A stretch of 39,902 nucleotides of DNA from Nemertoderma westbladi (taxonomy: Eukaryota; Animalia; Xenacoelomorpha), in assembly GCA_032718475.1 (NCBI GenBank), contig JAUCBJ010008180.1, positions 1 to 39,902 of the forward strand, written 5' to 3'. Of this stretch, positions 11,709 through 21,900 are shown one piece after another. Position 1 is the stretch's first letter, and every line of letters starts with the position of its first letter. The notes under the pieces were generated by a model. The model saw only the letters and a list, made by a program, of their open reading frames with translations, had not been told where the DNA came from and searched no databases. A program made the position numbers and the translations under genes.

Positions 11709-11904
11709 TCTTCGCCCGCGTACAACCTTCGCCCGCATACAACCTTCGCCCGCGTACAACCTTCGCCCGCGTACAACCTTCGCCCGCATACAACCTTCGC
11801 CCGCGTACAACCTTCGCCCGCGTACAACCTTCGCCCACATACAACCTTCGCCCGCGTACAACCTTCGCCCGCGTACAACCTTCGCCCGCGTACAACCTTC
11901 GCCG
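11709..11904. repeat. 17-bp minisatellite (CTTCGCCCGCGTACAAC) x ~11.5, probably a DNA-transposon subterminal array
   Basis: Near-perfect tandem units with no unique spacers; no inverted partner was found. Confidence 0.9.
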
Positions 11905-12145
11905 GTAAACAAACCGAACATATACAAAAAACCATACCAATTGCAGGGTCTTCATAACTCGGTGAAAAGGGCTCCTTACCGCAACACTTGCGTTGCGTTT
12001 CTAGTACATGTTCGGATATGTGGATGGATTTGCAGAAATCATATTTAATTAACCAGTAATTTCCTCTTGCAAATTTAATTTTACTGTATAGACGACATAT
12101 AAACGATATCTTACTTGCCGTACTGCGTAACACATTCGGATACTT

Positions 12146-12694
12146 TGTTAGCTTATTCAATCCCGCTAACACCCCATAAAGTTAAGCCGATAAGCAATAT
12201 TGGGGGCCACGAGATTGAGTAATCAATCACTCGTGCCACCCCAACAAAATGGGAAGGAGAAACACACAATGAGGGTCAGGGGCCAAACCCCTAACAGAGA
12301 GAGAACAGGTGGAATGAACGGGAACACTCCAAAGGGCGCCAACAAGGGTATCAACCAATCAGGGGGGGGAAAGGCATCGATTAGGTAGAGTAACAAGGCC
12401 AACCGTGCAATATAGCCAGTTGGCAGTAATCATTTCAGTTCAGTTATCTCAGTATCATATTGGTGCTAGTTAGGTTAGTTAGTTTAGCTAGGGAAGGACC
12501 GGGACTTTAATTACCGTCAACCCGCCTTCCGTGTACAGCAATCTATCATTTATATCTATACCTATATCTATATACTCGTACAGCCGATTATTATATACGA
12601 CGAACGACACGAACTCTTTTTACCTTTCACACACGGCGGGGACGCGTGAACTAAACAACCGGATAAATCGGGATCCTTCCTGGATCCCGTCACA
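12146..12694 (+). mobile_element. Solo LTR of a subfamily related to the BEL/Pao element downstream
   Basis: It begins TGTTAGCTTATTCAATCCCGCTAACACC and ends GGATCCCGTCACA, like LTR 15288-15817, with a diverged interior. A 5-bp TSD TACTT lies at 12141-12145 and 12695-12699. Confidence 0.95.
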
Positions 12695-12916
12695 TACTTC
12701 ATAGTACTAATTATAGGGGGTCTACGGGGCTAACGGAGGTTTCCGATTGGACGATATTATTTTCGCGTATTACTACGGGAAGGAATCGTTTAAAGTAAAA
12801 CCATGTGCAAGAGATATGGTAAGGACGGTAGAGCTCTACTCAAGGTAGCGGTCATGGGATAGTAAATTAAGACGTTATCGAGATATGGAGGATTTTAACG
12901 AGTCGAGGCAGAAATT

Positions 12917-13936
12917 TGAAGCAGGACAATTCGGTCCCGGACAATTCGGTCCGGACAATTCGGTGCCGGACAATTCGGTTCCGGACAATTCGGTCCCATT
13001 AATTTTGTGTTTTGGGACCGAATTGTCCGGGACCGAATTGTCCGGGACCGAATTATCCGGGACCGAATTGTCCGGAACCGAATTGTCCGGGACCAAATTC
13101 AATTGGTACTATATAATGGTGAATGTTCTAGAACCTAAACATTTATTATTATATGGAAGCTAGTGTTTTTTTTACTAGCTCGTATTTTTTTGAAAATAAA
13201 AAAATTTTACTTTATTTTTTGTTAACATTATTAGTTATGGTAGCTATGGTGTTTTTATGGAGCTTGTGAATTATTTACTAGCTAGTGTATGTATTTAAAA
13301 TGTTTAAAACTGATTTTTTTATATATTGCGTATGTATAGTATACTGTATTTGTTGTTGCTTGGTTAACAAGCCTAAATTATTATCCTAGATAATAGCTGG
13401 ATCTCATTCAGGGACTGTTATAATATCATCAATATTTTTGGTAATTAATATAATCAGCAATAGTTTAGGCCTAATTCTGAAATATCAATGTTTTCACAAG
13501 TGTTTTTATCATTTCAAGGAAATGCTAGCTAGTAAAAAAAACACTACATAGCTACACCTTAATAAATAATATATAATAATGTTCTCGAACACTTACCAAT
13601 AACAAAAATAAAAAAAATACAGTATTTTTAAAATTTCAAAAAATTCTAGCAAGTAAATAACACTAGCTACCATAAAAAATATCTCTACTCATGTTCTAAA
13701 ACATTCACCAATATCAAAAAAGCACTAAAAAGTTGCTATCAGGAACCGGACAATTCGGTCCCGGACAATTCGGTCCCGGACAATTCGGTCCCGGACAATT
13801 CGGTCCCGGACAATTCGGTCCCGGACAATTCGGTCCCGGAAAATTCGGTCCCGGACAATTCGGTCCCGGACAATTCGGTCCTAGGACAATTCGGTCCCAT
13901 TTATTTAGTGTTTTGGGACCGAATTGTCCTACATCC
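12917..13936. mobile_element. MULE-like MITE with 15-bp GGACAATTCGGTCCC repeat arrays
   Basis: A 9-bp TSD GCAGAAATT lies at 12908-12916 and 13937-13945. Arrays occur in both orientations at 12924-13095 and 13748-13929. The AT-rich interior is partly self-inverted. Confidence 0.88.
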
Positions 13937-14081
13937 GCAGAAATTAGCGTTAATTATAAGAGCGAATTAATTTATGAAATATAGAAATTTACGGCGCCAA
14001 TCGATGGAAAAGAACGGGAGGAGCTCGCGGAAGTCGAGATAAATGGATTTTCGATAAATCGGGACTCGGACTGCTTATAGT

Positions 14082-14963
14082 CGAGTCAATCTAGCAAAAA
14101 ACTAAGTATTTCGCAATCAACCCGGGCCACATATTTTGATTTCTATATTACCTTATTAATGACCGAAAAAGTCTATAAAATTTTATTTTGCGGATCATAT
14201 GTTTATTCAAGGAAATTCTGCGCAAATTTGCATAACACAAGCCAAACAAAAGGAAGAGTAGGGAAAAGTAAGTAGCAAATTAGTGATGTTCCAGAATAAT
14301 TTAATTAATTGCACAATTATTCAATGGGATATGGCTGTTTCTATATACAATGGCTGTTATTCAATGGGATATGAGTACCGGTAATATTTTACACTGGCGT
14401 GTTACACATTAATTGCTGTATCTCGGTAACTAGAAGTCGCATCAAATTTTTAAATATTTCAAAAATTCCACTACTGTATATATTAAGGTAACTGATGTAA
14501 AAAAAAGTTATACAATTCCACTGCAAGGAAATAATTTTTTGGGGTTAAGGGTATTTGAGGTCGACAAATCCAATGGGCGAGGTTAAGTCCATCCGTTGTG
14601 TAAATACGCTCCCTGTATTGTACCAGTAATTGGTATTAAAAATGGTTAAATTATTAGATAAATTTCCGTTGCTCTGGAAACTAAATTGGTAACTATATAG
14701 AAGTGCATACTTCTGTCAATCGATAGTCATTAGAGTAAAGTTTGTCTGTGCCAAATTTGGAGTAAATACCACCAAAAGAGTCCTTGTCGCTATGTAAAAT
14801 CCATGTTGCTAAGGAAAGAAACATAAAATTGAAAGTGATTCGCATAATATATTTTTATAGACTTTTTTTGGGGGTATTAACAAGGTAATATAGAAAAAAA
14901 ATTGGTTTGAAAGAATTACGAATTTGTTATGGGTTGACCCCCTTTTTTGGCTAGATTGACTCG
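14082..14963. mobile_element. MITE / non-autonomous DNA transposon with ~120-bp imperfect TIRs
   Basis: Termini are CGAGTCAATCTAGC...GCTAGATTGACTCG. The subterminal block TTCTATATTACCTTATTAAT...AAAAAGTCTATAAAA is inverted at ~14853-14895. No clear TSD. Confidence 0.7.
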
Positions 14964-15287
14964 CATATTAGTCAAATAAATCGCCACCTTGGGGTAGTAG
15001 GTGTTTAAAATTAGAAACCTTTTGGTCAATACGGGTTTGCTATTGGATGATATATCTAATTTTAGCCGAGTTGCACAAAAGGGTCATTTTCATGATCTTT
15101 GATCATGATCTTTATGATCTTTGGCCTAAAGCATCTAATTATATATTTAATAGTAATTCTTACATTAGAAGCAAAGTCTAAGGGCACTTTGCCAGACATA
15201 CTTTAAATTTATCTTTGAAATTTCAGTCACTGGTTCACCCACCCCTGCAATGGCTGGGGGAACCACCAAAAATTAAGTGGCAAAATG

Positions 15288-15817
15288 TGTTAGCTTATTC
15301 AATCCCGCTAACACCCCATAAAGTTATAAGCCGATAAGCAATATTGGGAGCCACGAGATTGGATAATTAACCAACTCGTGCCATCCCAATAAGAGTGGGA
15401 AGGAAGCACACAATAAAGGGTCAGGGGCCAAACCCCTAACCCAGAGAGAACAGATGGAGTGAACGGGAACACTCCACGGGGCGCCAACAAGGGTATCAAC
15501 CAATCAGAGGGGGGCAAGGCATCGATTAGGTAGTAATTAGGCCAACCGTGCAATATAACCAGTAACCCAATATCAGTAATTCAGTTATCTCAGTGCAGTA
15601 GTGCTAGCATAGGTTAATTAGTTTAGATAGGGGAGCACGGGACTTTTAGTTACCGTATCCCGCCTTCCATATACTATACAATATATCTATATCTTATACC
15701 TTTATTATTATACACCGAACTTCAGAACTCATTTTACTTTCATTCACTCTTTATACAAGGCGGGGACGCGTGAACTAAATACCGGATAAATCGGGATCCC
15801 TCCTGGATCCCGTCACA
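15288..15817 (+). repeat. 5' LTR (530 bp)
   Basis: TGTTAG...TCACA. It matches 29066-29572 apart from two substitutions seen by eye and a 23-bp indel. Confidence 0.97.
15500..15586 (+). promoter_or_regulatory. Candidate LTR Pol II promoter (CCAAT, TATA-like, Inr)
   Basis: CCAATCAG at 15500, TATAA at 15554-15558 and TCAGTT at 15581-15586 have canonical TATA-Inr spacing. The same motifs are kept in the diverged solo LTR. Confidence 0.5.
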
Positions 15818-15877
15818 GTAACTAAAACCAACCGCCGCCCTAGCTAGCCAAACCATCAGCCACCAATCGCCAGCGAG

Positions 15878-18133
15878 ATGAGTCAATCGGGCGAGACACC
15901 GACGCGGACCCCGGACGAAGACCAAACGATCCATGAGGCCGCAACCAGGCGATATAGACCCACGACACCGGAGCCATCGATAACGGGCGAACCGGAAGTT
16001 CAAGACGAGGGGAGCCTGGAACAAGAGGTCGAGCCAAGAGGAAGGGAGAGTGAGACGGAGGGAGACGGAGATGAGTCGACACGGGACGGAGATCGGCGCA
16101 CCGATGTCGCCGGCCAGCTACAGGCCGAGGGCGACGAGCGGCCCACCGAAACGGCGACGGTGGGACCGACGGTGCGACGCCGGACGCGAAGAGACGGAGG
16201 AGACATCGGTACCGATGTCGCCGGCCAGCTACAGGCCGAGGGCGACGGATGGCCCACCGGAACGGCGACGGTGGAGCCGCCGGTACGACGTCGAATCCGG
16301 AGGGACGGAGGAGAGGTCGGCGACGAGGACGTCGGGGTTTCAGAGCGACTTCGACGGGCCTACAACGCGACCCGGAAGCTGATAAAGGACGCCAAGAAGG
16401 AAGGGGCGAAGGTAGACGAGGTGAGACTGAGAAAGCGACTAGGTGAGTCGGATAGACACTTTAATTACCTAATACGTTTTGGGCAGAGAGAACTAGCCGA
16501 GGGGAGAGCAAAAGGGGTTGCCGGCGAACTGTTTGAACTATGGGAGTGTGGGAGTATGGAACCTAGCGTAGCTCCAGTGTACATAGGGCCATACTTGGTC
16601 GATGCCCGGGGAGTAAAATTAGTGGGTTGGAGGGGAACCGAGGGGGGCGAATCCGAGGTTAACCCCGAGGATTCGGCCTCGTCGGTCGGAGAAAGTTCCG
16701 GGAAGCGGGGGAAAGTTAGTAGGTCGGGAAGGCGGAGGGGGTCCATCGTAACCGATAAGTCTGCTACATCCTCCGCGAAAGAAAGAGTGGTGAGAGAGAT
16801 AGGTGCCGCATACCGTCTCAAGATGGTAGAGCAAGGTCAGAGGGAAATGGAGGAACGGTTAGAGGAGGGGAGAGTGCGGTTAGAGAGGGAAGCGGCATTG
16901 ATTAGAGAAACCGGAGAGAGGGCCGAAAGGGCTTTGAGAAGCCTTAGGGAGTGTGAGGAAATAGAGGAAAAGGAGTGTAGGGAGCATGAGGCAAGGGAGG
17001 AAAGGGAACGCAAAGAGCGTGAGGCGGAGCGCAAGGAACATGAGGCGAGAAGGGAAAAGGAACGCAAGGAGCGCGAGGTGAGACGAAGGGAGAGCGCTAG
17101 GAGTGTAGCAGAGTCGGCCGCCCGGGACACCCAGGAGTGTGAGAGGAGAATGGCAGAGGCTGAACGAGAGCACAAGGAATTAAAGAGGCGCCAGAGTGAG
17201 CTTGCGAAACATAGGATTAGACGGGCGCACGAGCTGCAACTGGTGCGAGCGTCGCCGTCTGAAAGCGGGGCCGGCTCGGGTATTTTTGGGGAGCCGGGGG
17301 CCGTAGATACATTTATTAATACCCCACTGACAGGGACCGCGCAACAGACCCAAAACTGGTGTGACCGTACGGGCGGGGGGGGGGGTAACGACAATAATGA
17401 TACAATAGACGTTGTTAATGTTGATAGTACCGTATGGGACAACTCTAATCAAACCTTTATTGCAGGAAATACTTTGCCTAGTGGTAGTAATTTAAATTTA
17501 AATCAGAACAATCCTAATATTAATGTAGAAAATAATTCTAATATTAATGTAATTACGCAAAATAATTCAAATAATCAAAATAATAACCCAAATTCGAACC
17601 TACAAAATAACGCGATTACGCAAAATAATCCAAATAATTTAAATAACGCGATTACGCAAAATAATCCAAATAATTTAAATAATGATCCAAGCCCGAATTT
17701 ACAAAATAATTCAGATAGCGTAGTCGCGCAGAATAATACAAATGATTTCGTTCCAAACGAGCAAATCAATTCTGTTTCCAATATGGGTGCTATTAACGTA
17801 AACACGTCGGACGTGTATAGCCAGGCAGATGAGGGCCTGGTAGGCCACGTAGTTGGTAGGCAGGGAGCAGAGGGCCTGGTAGGCCACGTAGTTGGTAGGC
17901 AGGGAGTAGAGGGCCTGGAAGGCCACGCAATAGCAGGAGGAGAAGCGGGGGTGAATAGACCCGACCGCGGTAGGGTTGATGTGTCGACTAGAGAGGTATA
18001 TAGTAGCGGGGTGAGAGGTAGCGAAGTAAAATGTAGCGAGTGGGGGGGGGCTACAAGGGCCCCACAACTGAAAGTTAGCGGCGAGTGGGGGGGGGGGGGG
18101 GGGGGCTACGAGGGCCCCACAACAGAGAGTTAG
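15878..18133 (+). CDS. ORF1 / N-terminal Gag-region protein: acidic repeats, long E/R/K coiled coil, Asn-rich low-complexity tract
   Basis: 751-aa ORF starting 60 bp after the 5' LTR. It ends just past a long G homopolymer, so it is probably the N-terminus of a frameshifted gag-pol. It contains internal ~111-bp and 39-bp direct repeats. Confidence 0.7.
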   Translation: MSQSGETPTRTPDEDQTIHEAATRRYRPTTPEPSITGEPEVQDEGSLEQEVEPRGRESETEGDGDESTRDGDRRTDVAGQLQAEGDERPTETATVGPTVRRRTRRDGGDIGTDVAGQLQAEGDGWPTGTATVEPPVRRRIRRDGGEVGDEDVGVSERLRRAYNATRKLIKDAKKEGAKVDEVRLRKRLGESDRHFNYLIRFGQRELAEGRAKGVAGELFELWECGSMEPSVAPVYIGPYLVDARGVKLVGWRGTEGGESEVNPEDSASSVGESSGKRGKVSRSGRRRGSIVTDKSATSSAKERVVREIGAAYRLKMVEQGQREMEERLEEGRVRLEREAALIRETGERAERALRSLRECEEIEEKECREHEAREERERKEREAERKEHEARREKERKEREVRRRESARSVAESAARDTQECERRMAEAEREHKELKRRQSELAKHRIRRAHELQLVRASPSESGAGSGIFGEPGAVDTFINTPLTGTAQQTQNWCDRTGGGGGNDNNDTIDVVNVDSTVWDNSNQTFIAGNTLPSGSNLNLNQNNPNINVENNSNINVITQNNSNNQNNNPNSNLQNNAITQNNPNNLNNAITQNNPNNLNNDPSPNLQNNSDSVVAQNNTNDFVPNEQINSVSNMGAINVNTSDVYSQADEGLVGHVVGRQGAEGLVGHVVGRQGVEGLEGHAIAGGEAGVNRPDRGRVDVSTREVYSSGVRGSEVKCSEWGGATRAPQLKVSGEWGGGGGGYEGPTTES

Positions 18134-18221
18134 CGGCGAGAGGGGGGGGGGGGCAGAGAGTGTCCCACAGCCGTCAGCGGACAATGCGCGGGCCAAAATA
18201 GGTAAACCGCAACAACCGGCG

Positions 18222-18860
18222 ATGGAAAGTAATAGGGGGATTGCGGATATCCCCAGCGGCGTGCGACCGAGCAGAGAGAGACGGGTTGACGTCGCGAGAG
18301 GGCGGACGAAGCGTCGAGCCCGATCAGAGGAAGGAAGAAGAACAGTGGGGTTTAACCGGGAGGTCGACGAGAGATCTCACGAGCGGGAATATTCCACTGA
18401 TAGGAGAAGAAAGGAAGACAGTAGTAGAAGTATCGCCGCGAACGATAGAAGAGCGAGGACGGATAGCGAGCCGTCGGTAGTCGAGATGAGAACGGAGAGT
18501 CAGTGGCGTCGGACTCCGGGAGATTGCCGTCGCCCCGGAGAGATGCGACCCGGCGAGGCGCACTACGCGCCGAGAGAGGGGTACGCGATGTACCGGTACG
18601 AAGATGAGAACAGTAGAGAGGGGGGTCGAAGAGAAACTTTCCGACGGAATATACCTACCGATCGAGAATACGGTAGCCGCGGGGAGGAATATTCGAGAAG
18701 AATAAACTTCGATCCCGAAGAACACATGCAGACTGTAGGACATACTGTAGGCCTTACTGCACATACCGTAGGCCATACTGAGAGAGGCAATGTAGGCGAT
18801 AGGATAGCGTGGACAACGGGATTAAACCCGGAAGGCCATACCATACATACCGGCGGGTAG
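18222..18860 (+). CDS. Arg/Glu-rich continuation of the Gag N-terminal region (fragment)
   Basis: Same strand and composition as ORF1, lying between G-runs; probably not an independent gene. Confidence 0.45.
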   Translation: MESNRGIADIPSGVRPSRERRVDVARGRTKRRARSEEGRRTVGFNREVDERSHEREYSTDRRRKEDSSRSIAANDRRARTDSEPSVVEMRTESQWRRTPGDCRRPGEMRPGEAHYAPREGYAMYRYEDENSREGGRRETFRRNIPTDREYGSRGEEYSRRINFDPEEHMQTVGHTVGLTAHTVGHTERGNVGDRIAWTTGLNPEGHTIHTGG

Positions 18861-18962
18861 GCCAGAAGCTGATAGGCCTATACCGGTACCAGCACAGTAG
18901 TATGACTACAGCATGAAGGGACATAACATATACCCAGGGGAGGGGGGAATTATTGCGGATAG

Positions 18963-21900
18963 GTGCATGGGCCCCAACATATTAACATCAACCCCAGTAC
19001 CAAACATACCAGTGGGGGGGGGGGGGGGCAGGGTGACATTCCCCCATCACAATATCAACAATATACCCCGATAGGAGCAAGAACAACGAGACCCTTGGAT
19101 GAGAATAAGTCGTGTGACACAGAAATAGGGAGGGGGCCGCTACCCCCGATGACATATCCAGGTCAGAGAAAGTCAAGAAATAGGACGGACGAGCCGCACC
19201 AGACAGGAGAAACTATGCAGCACCCATCGAATCCATTGGAAGCGCAGGCGATGGGGATGGCCACGCTGATTGATGCGTTGAAAACGAGGATCGAGTTACC
19301 ACCCGTGGAACCATTCAAATTCGATGGGAGCAGGCCGGAAGAATATCTACAGTTTCGGCACATGTATAGTAACGAAATACTAACAAAGAACTTGACGCAG
19401 GCGGAGTGCCTAAAGTATCTGCAAGTGTACACGGGAGGCCCAGCATACGACATCGTGAGGCAATATCAAGGAATAGAGGGCGGCTTCACGACAGCATGGC
19501 GGGCACTGGATAGGGAATACGGGCACCCGGCCAAGATCATCAGGCAGACGCTGAGAGGCATAACATCGGGTGGCCTACAGGATAATCCCGTTAGCATTAA
19601 GACGTTCGCTAACAAAGTCGAAAAGGCGCTAATCGTGCTGAAGACGCTAGATGCGCCATACGAGCTCAATGCGTCCAACAACATCACCACGATAGCGCAG
19701 GCACTACCAAACTGGCTGCGCAACAAGTGGAGAAAAATTGCCTTCTCCACTCGAGATAAGAAGGGTGCGGAACCGGGTTTAGAAAAAATGTCAAACTTCT
19801 TAAACTACGAGGCTGAACTAATAACTGACCCAGTCTATAGCGAAGACAGCCTGGGAAAGGGACCGAAGACAGACTACCATAGACCGAAACCAGAGCACAA
19901 CACATCGAACGCATTACCAAGACTCAGGCAATCATTGCCATATGCAGCGACGCAGGGGACTGCAAGTCCACAGCTAGCCGAGGATAAGACAACACCATGG
20001 AACGGACAGGGAAACAATAACAACACGAATAAACATAACCCCAGTACGTCCAATAGGCAAAACCCAAACAATAAGAATAGTAGGGACTTTGGTACGAACG
20101 CAACTGCGATACGCAATGCACTGTATAAAGAGGGCTACGACCCAAAGAGCAAATGTCAGCTACACGCAAATGCGCTTCATCAAACTATGAACTGCAGGTA
20201 CTGGCAGGCGCTACCTAGGCAAGATCAGATAGATTATGCGTTCAGCAATAAAATCTGCTCGCGATGTGTAATGAGTGGACATAGAGCAAGGGAGTGCAAG
20301 GAGAAGCCAATGAAATTTGGTCAAAGGAGAGGCCAAACGATGGCGACGAGCACAGTAGGGGCGAAGAAGAGAGGAACGGTGCTACTTGGAGTAGTACCAG
20401 TACGAGTGATCGGGGAAGGCAATCGATCAGTAACAACACTAATGCTGGTTGATAGTGGAGCTGCCTTCACATTAGTCGAGGAATGGGTGGCCGAGGAGAT
20501 AGGATTGAGAACGAGGCCAAGCAGGATGGCGGTAACAACCATCTCTAGCAAAGATGAGATCCTGGAGATGAGAACAGGACGGTGCGCAATTGCAGCAGTG
20601 GCACCAGGATGCGACTATGGGGCAACCATCGACCCCATTCAAGTGATAGAGTCAATTAATATCAATGCCAGGCGGCCAACCAACATCGAGGTCGAGCAGT
20701 ATAAATTCCTGGACAACATTGACTTCTCAATCCCAGACGTGGACGTTAGGAAGGTATCCATCATAGTAGGTATGGACTGCCCAACGGCCCACGAAAGAAT
20801 GCAAACGGTCTTCGGCGAAGACAAGCAGAGTGACCCGGTGGCCATATTAACACCATTCGGGTGGACACTGAGTGGTCCAATCAAGAGCAAGATACCATTT
20901 AGGATGTCGGAGACATCAGGATGCATGTTCGCGGGAACAATGCAGGAAATGAGTGACGAGGGAGCAGAGGAGCAGCTCAAAAGACTGCTCAGACAAGATT
21001 TAGAGGGACTGAAAGAAACCGGGGTCGGGACCTCGGTAGAAGACAAACAGGCACTACAAAGCGTGGAGGAATCAATGACGTGCGATGAGGGACGGTATAC
21101 TATAGGAATGGTATGGAAACTACCGAAGATACCGCTACCCGACAATAGGGGGATGGTACTCACGAGACTCCGCAAACTGAAACAAACACTAAAACGGAGC
21201 CCCGAGAAGAATGAGTACATCCACAGAACAATTAAGAAGTACGTCGAGAAAGGATGGGCCGTGGAGTTACCGGTCGACGAGCCGAACACGGATAGAACAT
21301 ATTACCTGCCACTGCACGTGGCTTTAGATCCAAAGAAAGGTAAACTAAGGATGGTAGTCGACGCATCGGCAAAGACCGACGGAAAGTGCTTAAACGACTA
21401 CCTGTTAGAAGGCCCAAACATTTACAATTCGGGCATAGAGGTGTTACTTAGATTTCGAAATGGGAAACACGCCTTCACGTGTGACATAGAAGGCATGTTC
21501 AACCAAGTCCGTGTAACGGAAGAAGATAGTGACAGTCAACGCTTCTTATGGTATAACGGCGAAGAAGAACCGCCGATAATACCAGCATATAAGATGATAG
21601 TACAGAACATGGGGGCCAAGGCGTCTTCATTTACGACGACTATGGCAGTGAGAGACACAGTAAAGGGGAAGGAAGATAGATACAGCAGTAGGGCCGTCGA
21701 TATGATTCGACGCGGCTTCTACGTAGACGACGGAATGGAGTCTGGAAATACGGTTAAGGAGATACTGGATACAGGGCGCGAGGTTCGCGACATCCTAAAA
21801 GGATCCGGCTTTAACCTGACCAAATTCCAATCCAGTTCGGAAGAATTTATCAAAGCCATAGAGGACAGGAAACCGGAATCGACCATGGATAATCCCACAA

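Noticed and set aside
10311-13984. Repetitive ORFs (RYFYS, QPSPAYN, GQFGP, DNSVP)
   Set aside because: These are translations of 15- and 17-bp tandem repeats in MITE ends; the same applies to ORFs at 30109-30513 and 38700-38995.
15308-15553. Identical 81-aa minus-strand ORF here and at 29086-29331
   Set aside because: It is a by-product of LTR duplication and has no protein features.
12146-15817. Solo LTR and 5' LTR as the two ends of one small element
   Set aside because: Each has its own distinct TSD, they are clearly diverged, and the interval contains only MITEs.
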